From Eledone cirrhosa (Eukaryota): a stretch of 64,000 nucleotides of DNA. The notes below the pieces were generated by a model. It saw nothing but the letters and a program-made list of their open reading frames with translations, was not told the origin of the DNA and searched no databases. The translations under genes and the position numbers were made by a program. Of this stretch, positions 53,601-64,000 are shown piece after piece (positions within the stretch are counted from its first letter, which is position 1; every line of letters starts with the position of its first letter). The stretch is from positions 417,198,001-417,262,000 of the forward strand of contig OZ024740.1 of assembly GCA_964016885.1 (NCBI GenBank), given 5' to 3'.

Positions 53601-56600
53601 TGACATTCAGTAGTAATGGAGATTGTATCCTATTGTTGTTGACATTCAGTAGTAATGGAGATTGTCCTATTATTGTTGACATTCAGTAGTAATGGAGATT
53701 GTGTCCTATTGTTGTTGACATTCAGTAGTAATAGAGATTCTGTCCTATTGTTGTTGACATTCAGTAGTAATAGAGATTCTGTCCTATTGTTGTTGACATT
53801 CAGTAGTAATGGAGATTCTGTCCTATTATTGACATTTAGTAGTAATGGAGATTCTGTCCTATTGTTGTTGACATTCAGTAGTAATGGAGATTGTGTCCTA
53901 TTATTTTTGACATTCAGTAGTAATGAAGATTGTGTCCTATTGTTGTTGACATTCAGTCGTAATGGTGATTCTGTCCTATTGTTGTTGACATTCAGTAGTA
54001 ATGGAGATTCTGTCCTATTGTTGTTGACATTCAGTAGTAATGGGGATTGTGTCCTATTATTGTTGACATTCAGTAGTAATGGAGATTCTGTCCTATTGTA
54101 GCTAACATTCAGTCGTAATGGAGATTCTGGCCTATTGTTGTTGACATTCAGTAGTAATGAAGATTGTGTCCTATTGTTGTTGACATTCAGTAGTAATGGA
54201 GATTCTGTCCTATTGTTGTTGACATTCAGTAGTAATGGAGATTTTGTCCTATTGTTGTTGACATTCAGTAGTAATGGACATTGTCCTATTGTTGTTGACA
54301 TTCAGTAGTAATGTAGATTGTATCCTATTGTTGTTGACATTCAGTAGTAATGGAGATTGTGTCCTATTATTGTTGACATTCAGTAGTAATGGAGATTGTG
54401 TCCTATTGTTGACATTCAGTAGAAATAGAGATTCTGTCCTACTGTTGTTGACATTCAGTAGTAATAGAGATTCTGTCCTATTGTTGTTGACATTCAGTAG
54501 TAATGGAGATTCTGTCCTATTGTTGTTGACATTCACTAGTAATAGAGATTCTGTCCGATTATTTTAAACATTCAGTAGTAATGAAGATTGTATCCTACTG
54601 TTGTTGACATTCAGTCGTAATGGAGATTGTCCTATTGTTGTTGACATTCAGTAGTAATGGAGATTCTGTCCTATTGTTGACATTTAGTAGTAATGGAGAT
54701 TCTGTCCTATTGTTGTTGACATTCAATAGTAATGGAGATTGTGTCCTATTATTGTTGACATTCAGTAGTAATGGAGATTGTGTCCTATTGTTGTTGACAT
54801 TCAGTAGTAATGGAGATTCTGTCCTATTGTTGACTTTCAGTAGTAATCGAGATTCTGTCCTATTGTTGTTGACATTCAGTAGTAATAGAGATTCTGACCT
54901 ATTATTGTTGACATTCAGTAGTAATAGAGATTCTGTCCTATTGTTGTTGACATTCAGTAGTAATGGAGATTGTCCTATTGTTGTTGACATTCAGTAGTAA
55001 TGGAGATTCTGTCCTATTATTGACATTTAGTAGTAATCGAGATTCTGTCCTATTGTTGTTGACATTCAGTAATAATGGAGATTCTGTCCTATTATTGTTG
55101 ACATTCAGTAATAATGGAGATTCTGTCCTATTGTTGTTAACGTTCAGTAGTAATGAAGATTGTGTCCTATTGTTGTTGACATTCAGTAGTAATGGAGATT
55201 ATGTCCTATTGTTGTTGACATTCAGTAGTAATGGAGATTCTGTCCTATTGTTGTTGACATTCAGTAGTAATGAAATTGTGTCCTATTGTTGTTGACATTC
55301 AGTAGTAATGGAGATTGTCTTATTGTTGTTGACATTCAGTAGTAATGGAGATTTTGTCCTATTGTTGTTCACATTCAGTAGTAATGGAGATTATGTCCTA
55401 TTGTTGTTGACATTCAGTAGTAATGGAGATTGTATCCTATTGTTGTTGACATTCAGTAGTAATGGAGATTGTCCTATTATTGTTGACATTCAGTAGTAAT
55501 GGAGATTGTGTACTATTGTTGTTGACATTCAGTAGTAATAGAGATTCTGTCCTATTGTTGTTGACATTCAGTAGTAATAGATTCTGTCCTATTGTTGTTG
55601 ACATTCAGTAGTAATGGAGATTCTGTCCTATTATTGACATTTAGTAGTAATGGAGATTCTGTCCTATTATTGTTGACATTCAGTAATAATGGAGATTCTG
55701 TCCTATTGTTAACATTCAGTAGTAATGAAGATTGTGTCCTATTGTTGTTGACATTCAGTCGTAATGGTGATTCTGTCCTATTGTTGTTGACATTCAGTAG
55801 TATTGGAGATTCTGCCCTATTGTTGTTAACATTCAGTAGTAATGAAGATTGTGTCCTATTGTTGTTGACATTCAGTAGTAATGGAGATTCTGTCCTATTA
55901 TTGTTGACATTCAGTAGTAATGAAGATTGTGTCCTATTGTTGTTGAAATTCCGTATTAATGGAGATTATGTCCTATTGTTGTTGACATTCAGCAGTAATG
56001 GAGATTGTATCCTATTGTTGACATTCAGTAGTAATGGAGATTGTGTCCTATTATTGTTGACATTCAGTAGTAATGGAGATTGTGTCCTATTGTTGTTGAC
56101 ATTCAGTAGTAATGGATATTCTGTCCTATTCTTGTTGACATTCAGTAGTAATAGAGATTCTGTCCGATTATTGTTGACATTCAGTAGTAATGAAGATTGT
56201 GTCCTATTGTTGTTGACATTCAGTAGTGATGGAGATTCTGTCCTATTGTTTTTGACATTCAGTAGTAATGGAGATTCTGTCCTATTATTGACATTTCGTA
56301 GTAATGGAAATTCTGTCCTATTGTTGTTGACATTCAGTAGTAATGGAGATTGTGTCCTATTATTGTTTACATTCAGTAGTAAGGAAGATTGTGTTCTATT
56401 GTTGTTGACATTCACTCCTAATGGAGATTCTGTCCCATTGTTGTTGATATTCAGTAGTAATGGAGATTCTGTCCTATTGTTGTTGACATTCAGTAGTAAT
56501 GGAGATTCTGTCCTATTATTGACATTTAGTAGTAATGGAGATTCTGTCCTATTGTTGTTGACATTCAGTAGTAATGGAGATTGTCCTATTATTGTTGACA

Positions 56601-59600
56601 TTCAGTAATAATGAAGATTGTGTCCTATTGTTGTTGACATTCCGTATTAATGGAGATTATATCCTATTGTTGTTGACATTCAGTAGTAATGGAGATAGTA
56701 TCCTATTGTTGTTGACATTCAGTAGTAATGGAGATTGTGTCCTATTATTGTTGACATTCAGTAGTAATGGAGATCGTGTCCTATTGTTGTTGACATTCAG
56801 TAGTAATAGAGATTCTGTTCTATTGTTGTTGACATTCAGTAGTAATAAAGATTCTGTCCGATTATTGTTGGCATTCAGTCGTAATGGAGATTCTGTCCTA
56901 TTGTTGTTGACATTCAGTAGTAATGGAGATTCTGTCCTATTGTTGTTGACATTCAGTAGTAATGGATATTATGTCCTATTATTGACATTTCGTAGTAATG
57001 GAGATTCTGTCCTATTGTTGTTGACATTCAGTAGTAATGGAGATTGTGTCCTATTATTGTTGACATTCAGTAGTAAGGAAGATCGTGTTCTATTGTTGTT
57101 GACATTCAGTCGTAATGGAGATTCTGTCCCATTGTTGTTGATATTCAGTAGTAATGGAGATTCTGTCCTATTGTTGTTGACATTCAGTAGTAATGGAGAT
57201 TCTGTCCTATTATTGACATTTAGTAGTAATGGAGATTCTGTCCTATTGTTGTTGACATTCAGTAGTAATGGAGATTGTGTCCTATTATTGTTGACATTCA
57301 GTAGTATTGGAGATTCTGTCTATTGTTGTTAACATTCAGTAGTAATGAAGATTGTGTCCTATTGTTGTTGACATTTAGTAGTAATGGAGATTCTGTCCTA
57401 TTGTTGTTGACATCAGTAGTAATGAAGATTGTGTTCTATTGTTGTTGACATTCCGTATTAATGGAGATTATGTCCTATTGTTGTTGATATTCAGTGGTAA
57501 TGGAGATTTTATCCTATTGTTGTTGACATGCAGTAGTAATGGAGATTGTGTCCTATTGTTGTTGGCATTCAGTAGTAATAGAGATTCTGCTCTATTGTTA
57601 TTGACATTCAGTAGTAATAGAGATTCTGTCCTATTGTTGTTGACATTCAGTAGTAATGGAGATTCTGTCCTATTGTTGTTGACATTCAGTAGTAATGGAG
57701 ATTCTGTCCTATTGTTGTTGACATTCAGTAGTAATGGAGATTCTGTCCTACTGTTGTTGACATTCAGTAGTAATGGAGATTTTGTCCTATTGTTGTTCAC
57801 ATACAGTAGTAATGGAGATTATGTCCTATTGTTGTTGACATTCAGTAGTAATGGAGATTGTATCGTATTGTTGTTGACATTCAGTAGTAATGGAGATTGT
57901 CCTATTATTGTTGACATTCAGTAGTAATGGAGATTGTGTCCTATTGTTGTTGACATTCAGTACTAATAGAGATTCTGTCCTATTGTTGTTGACATTCAGT
58001 AGTAATAGAGATTCTGTCCAATTGTTGTTGACATTCAGTAGTAATGGAGATTCTGTCCTATTATTGACATTTAGTAGTAATGGAGATTGTGTCCTATTGT
58101 TGTTGACATTCAGTAGTAATGGAGATTGTGTCCTATTATTGTTGACATTCAGTAGTAATGAAGATTGTGTCCTATTATTGTTGACATTCAGTAGTAATGA
58201 AGATTGTGTCCTATTGTTGACATTCAGTAGTAATGGAGATTCTGTCCTATTGTTGTTGACATTCAGTAGTAATGGAGATTCTGTCCTATTATTGACATAT
58301 AGTAGTAATGGAGATTGTGTCCTATTGTTGTTGACATTCAGTAGAAATAGAGATTCTGTCCTACTGTTGTTGACATTCAGTAGTAATAGAGATTGTGTCC
58401 TATTGTTGTGACATTCAGTAGAAATAGAGATTCTGTCCTACTGTTGTTGACATTCAGTACTAATAGAGATTCTGTCCTATTGTTGTTGACATTCAGTAGT
58501 AATGGTGATTCTGTCCTATTGTTGTTGACATTCACTAGTAATAGAGATTCTGTCCTATTGTTGTTGACATTCAATAGTAATGGGGATTGTGTCCTATTAT
58601 TGTTGACATTCAGTAGTAATGGAGATTCTGTCCTATTGTTGTTGACATTCAGTAGTAAAGAAGATTGTGTCCTATTGTTATTGACATTCAGTAGTAATGG
58701 AGATTCTGTCCTATTGTTGTTGACTTTCAGTAGTAATGGAGATTCTGTCCTATTGTTGTTGACATTCAGTAGTAATAGAGATTCTGACCTATTATTGTTG
58801 ACATTCAGTAGTAATAGAGATTCTGTCCTATTGTTGTTGACATTCAGTAGTAATGGAGATTCTGTCCTATTGTTGTTGACATTCAGTAGTAATGGAGATT
58901 CTGTCCTATTATTGACATTTAGTAGTAATCGAGATTCTGTCCTATTGTTGTTGACATTCAGTAATAAGGGAGATTCTGTCCTATTATTGTTGACATTCAG
59001 TAATAATGGAGATTCTGTCCTATTGTTGTTAACGTTCAGTAGTAATGAAGATTGTGTCCTATTGTTGTTGACATTCAGTAGTAATGGAGATTATGTCCTA
59101 TTGTTGTTGACATTCAGTAGTAATGGAGATTCTGTCCTATTGTTGTTGACATTCAGTAGTAATGAAATTGTGTCCTATTGTTGTTGACATTCAGTAGTAA
59201 TGGAGATTGTCTTATTGTTGATGACATTCAGTAGTAATGGAGATGTTGTCCTATTGTTGTTGACATTCAGTAGTAATGGAGATTGTATCCTATTGTTGTT
59301 GACATTCAGTAGTAATGGAGATTGTCCTATTATTGTTGACATTCAGTAGTAATGGAGATTGTGTCCTATTGTTGTTGACATTCAGTAGTAATAGAGATTC
59401 TGTCCTATTGTTGTTGACATTCAGTAGTAATAGAGATTCTGTCCTATTGTTGTCATTCAGTAGTAATGGAGATTCTGTCCTATTATTGACATTAAGTAGT
59501 AATGGAGCTTCTGTCCTATTATTGTTGACATTCAGTAATAATGGAGATTCTGTCCTATTGTTGTTAACATTCAGTAGTAATGAAGATTGTGTCCTATTGT

Positions 59601-62600
59601 TGTTGACATTCAGTCGTAATGGTGATTCTGTCCTATTGTTGTTGACATTCAGTAGTAATGGAGATTCTGTCCTATTGTTGTTGACATTCAGTAGTAATGA
59701 AATTGTGTCCTATTGTTGTTGACATTCAGTAATAATGGAGACTCTGTCCTATTGTTGTTGACATTCAGTAGTAATGGGGATTGTGTCCTATTATTGTTGA
59801 CATTCAGTAGTAATGGAGATTATGTCCTATTGTTGTTGACATTCAGTAGTAATGGAGATTGTATCCTATTGTTGTTGACATTCAGTAGTAATGGAGATTG
59901 TCCTATTATTGTTGACATTCAGTAGTAATGGAGATTGTGTCCTATTGTTGTTGACATTCAGTAGTAATAGAGATTCTGTCCTATTGTTGTTGACATTCAG
60001 TAGTAATAGAGATTCTGTCCTATTGTTGTTGACATTCAGTAGTAATGGAGATTCTGTCCTATTATTGACATTTAGTAGTAATGGAGATTCTGTCCTATTG
60101 TTGTTGACATTCAGTAGTAATGGAGATTGTGTCCTATTATTTTTGACATTCAGTAGTAATGAAGATTGTGTCCTATTGTTGTTGACATTCAGTCGTAATG
60201 GTGATTCTGTCCTATTGTTGTTGACATTCAGTAGTAATGGAGATTCTGTCCTATTGTTGTTGACATTCAGTAGTAATGGGGATTGTGTCCTATTATTGTT
60301 GACATTCAGTAGTAATGGAGATTCTGTCCTATTGTAGCTAACATTCAGTCGTAATGGAGATTCTGGCCTATTGTTGTTGACATTCAGTAGTAATGAAGAT
60401 TGTGTCCTATTGTTGTTGACATTCAGTAGTAATGGAGATTCTGTCCTATTGTTGTTGACATTCAGTAGTAATGGAGATTTTGTCCTATTGTTGTTGACAT
60501 TCAGTAGTAATGGACATTGTCCTATTGTTGTTGACATTCAGTAGTAATGTAGATTGTATCCTATTGTTGTTGACATTCAGTAGTAATGGAGATTGTGTCC
60601 TATTATTGTTGACATTCAGTAGTAATGGAGATTGTGTCCTATTGTTGACATTCAGTAGAAATAGAGATTCTGTCCTACTGTTGTTGACATTCAGTAGTAA
60701 TAGAGATTCTGTCCTATTGTTGTTGACATTCAGTAGTAATGGAGATTCTGTCCTATTGTTGTTGACATTCACTAGTAATAGAGATTCTGTCCGATTATTT
60801 TAAACATTCAGTAGTAATGAAGATTGTATCCTACTGTTGTTGACATTCAGTCGTAATGGAGATTGTCCTATTGTTGTTGACATTCAGTAGTAATGGAGAT
60901 TCTGTCCTATTGTTGACATTTAGTAGTAATGGAGATTCTGTCCTATTGTTGTTGACATTCAATAGTAATGGAGATTGTGTCCTATTATTGTTGACATTCA
61001 GTAGTAATGGAGATTGTGTCCTATTGTTGTTGACATTCAGTAGTAATGGAGATTCTGTCCTATTGTTGACTTTCAGTAGTAATCGAGATTCTGTCCTATT
61101 GTTGTTGACATTCAGTAGTAATAGAGATTCTGACCTATTATTGTTGACATTCAGTAGTAATAGAGATTCTGTCCTATTGTTGTTGACATTCAGTAGTAAT
61201 GGAGATTGTCCTATTGTTGTTGACATTCAGTAGTAATGGAGATTCTGTCCTATTATTGACATTTAGTAGTAATCGAGATTCTGTCCTATTGTTGTTGACA
61301 TTCAGTAATAATGGAGATTCTGTCCTATTATTGTTGACATTCAGTAATAATGGAGATTCTGTCCTATTGTTGTTAACGTTCAGTAGTAATGAAGATTGTG
61401 TCCTATTGTTGTTGACATTCAGTAGTAATGGAGATTATGTCCTATTGTTGTTGACATTCAGTAGTAATGGAGATTCTGTCCTATTGTTGTTGACATTCAG
61501 TAGTAATGAAATTGTGTCCTATTGTTGTTGACATTCAGTAGTAATGGAGATTGTCTTATTGTTGTTGACATTCAGTAGTAATGGAGATTTTGTCCTATTG
61601 TTGTTCACATTCAGTAGTAATGGAGATTATGTCCTATTGTTGTTGACATTCAGTAGTAATGGAGATTGTATCCTATTGTTGTTGACATTCAGTAGTAATG
61701 GAGATTGTCCTATTATTGTTGACATTCAGTAGTAATGGAGATTGTGTACTATTGTTGTTGACATTCAGTAGTAATAGAGATTCTGTCCTATTGTTGTTGA
61801 CATTCAGTAGTAATAGATTCTGTCCTATTGTTGTTGACATTCAGTAGTAATGGAGATTCTGTCCTATTATTGACATTTAGTAGTAATGGAGATTCTGTCC
61901 TATTATTGTTGACATTCAGTAATAATGGAGATTCTGTCCTATTGTTAACATTCAGTAGTAATGAAGATTGTGTCCTATTGTTGTTGACATTCAGTCGTAA
62001 TGGTGATTCTGTCCTATTGTTGTTGACATTCAGTAGTATTGGAGATTCTGCCCTATTGTTGTTAACATTCAGTAGTAATGAAGATTGTGTCCTATTGTTG
62101 TTGACATTCAGTAGTAATGGAGATTCTGTCCTATTATTGTTGACATTCAGTAGTAATGAAGATTGTGTCCTATTGTTGTTGAAATTCCGTATTAATGGAG
62201 ATTATGTCCTATTGTTGTTGACATTCAGCAGTAATGGAGATTGTATCCTATTGTTGACATTCAGTAGTAATGGAGATTGTGTCCTATTATTGTTGACATT
62301 CAGTAGTAATGGAGATTGTGTCCTATTGTTGTTGACATTCAGTAGTAATGGATATTCTGTCCTATTCTTGTTGACATTCAGTAGTAATAGAGATTCTGTC
62401 CGATTATTGTTGACATTCAGTAGTAATGAAGATTGTGTCCTATTGTTGTTGACATTCAGTAGTGATGGAGATTCTGTCCTATTGTTTTTGACATTCAGTA
62501 GTAATGGAGATTCTGTCCTATTATTGACATTTCGTAGTAATGGAAATTCTGTCCTATTGTTGTTGACATTCAGTAGTAATGGAGATTGTGTCCTATTATT

Positions 62601-64000
62601 GTTTACATTCAGTAGTAAGGAAGATTGTGTTCTATTGTTGTTGACATTCACTCCTAATGGAGATTCTGTCCCATTGTTGTTGATATTCAGTAGTAATGGA
62701 GATTCTGTCCTATTGTTGTTGACATTCAGTAGTAATGGAGATTCTGTCCTATTATTGACATTTAGTAGTAATGGAGATTCTGTCCTATTGTTGTTGACAT
62801 TCAGTAGTAATGGAGATTGTCCTATTATTGTTGACATTCAGTAATAATGAAGATTGTGTCCTATTGTTGTTGACATTCCGTATTAATGGAGATTATATCC
62901 TATTGTTGTTGACATTCAGTAGTAATGGAGATAGTATCCTATTGTTGTTGACATTCAGTAGTAATGGAGATTGTGTCCTATTATTGTTGACATTCAGTAG
63001 TAATGGAGATCGTGTCCTATTGTTGTTGACATTCAGTAGTAATAGAGATTCTGTTCTATTGTTGTTGACATTCAGTAGTAATAAAGATTCTGTCCGATTA
63101 TTGTTGGCATTCAGTCGTAATGGAGATTCTGTCCTATTGTTGTTGACATTCAGTAGTAATGGAGATTCTGTCCTATTGTTGTTGACATTCAGTAGTAATG
63201 GATATTATGTCCTATTATTGACATTTCGTAGTAATGGAGATTCTGTCCTATTGTTGTTGACATTCAGTAGTAATGGAGATTGTGTCCTATTATTGTTGAC
63301 ATTCAGTAGTAAGGAAGATCGTGTTCTATTGTTGTTGACATTCAGTCGTAATGGAGATTCTGTCCCATTGTTGTTGATATTCAGTAGTAATGGAGATTCT
63401 GTCCTATTGTTGTTGACATTCAGTAGTAATGGAGATTCTGTCCTATTATTGACATTTAGTAGTAATGGAGATTCTGTCCTATTGTTGTTGACATTCAGTA
63501 GTAATGGAGATTGTGTCCTATTATTGTTGACATTCAGTAGTATTGGAGATTCTGTCTATTGTTGTTAACATTCAGTAGTAATGAAGATTGTGTCCTATTG
63601 TTGTTGACATTTAGTAGTAATGGAGATTCTGTCCTATTGTTGTTGACATCAGTAGTAATGAAGATTGTGTTCTATTGTTGTTGACATTTCGTATTAATGG
63701 AGATTATGTCCTATTGTTGTTGATATTCAGTGGTAATGGAGATTTTATCCTATTGTTGTTGACATGCAGTAGTAATGGAGATTGTGTCCTATTGTTGTTG
63801 GCATTCAGTAGTAATAGAGATTCTGCTCTATTGTTATTGACATTCAGTAGTAATAGAGATTCTGTCCTATTGTTGTTGACATTCAGTAGTAATGGAGATT
63901 CTGTCCTATTGTTGTTGACATTCAGTAGTAATAGAGATTCTGTCCGATTATTGTTGACATTCAGTAGTAATGAAGATTGTGTCCTATTGTTGTTGACATT
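29613..64000. repeat. 39-bp satellite array (>34 kb, roughly 880-900 monomers, runs off window end)
   Basis: Consensus ttgacattcagtagtaatggagattctgtcctattgttg, with 36-, 37- and 38-bp variants. No interspersed elements seen. Confidence 0.98.

Noticed and set aside
29597-63568. Dozens of ORFs (LTFSSNGDSVLLL / NVNNNRTESPLLL repeats) as a repetitive protein gene
   Set aside because: The 39-bp monomer happens to be stop-free in one frame per strand. Frequent 37/38-bp variants and stops break the frame, and 36-bp variants are explained by (TTG)n slippage.
29613-64000. CRISPR-like array or bacterial -35 (TTGACA) promoter repeats
   Set aside because: Head-to-tail monomers with no unique spacers, no cas genes and a eukaryotic context. 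The same applies to the 40- and 41-bp arrays.

Overview
AT-rich, repeat-dense eukaryotic DNA. The SINE, LINE and microsatellite content strongly suggests an octopus or other cephalopod genome (inference). Bases 1-29.6 kb are mostly intronic sequence of a minus-strand host gene that the ORF track shows only in fragments. Four exons (26814-26646, 12159-12029, 8012-7838, 3429-3387) and a likely 12-nt microexon (2475-2464) splice in frame into a protein with two tandem copies of an RFX-like winged-helix-type domain. Each domain copy is split at the same codon position by a minor-spliceosome (U12) AT-AC intron (14.5 kb and 4.4 kb) with canonical ATATCCTTT donors and TCCTTAAC branch points. The introns hold a near-full-length inactivated RTE LINE, other LINE fragments, tRNA-derived SINEs that share the RTE 5' motif and 3' tail, MITEs and minisatellites. 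They also hold several fold-back elements carrying minimal type I hammerhead ribozyme motifs of the Penelope-like kind. Bases ~29.6-64 kb are a 39-bp satellite array with kb-scale higher-order duplications (10,774 bp, 6,236 bp, ~5.6 kb); its many ORFs are artefacts of a stop-free monomer.
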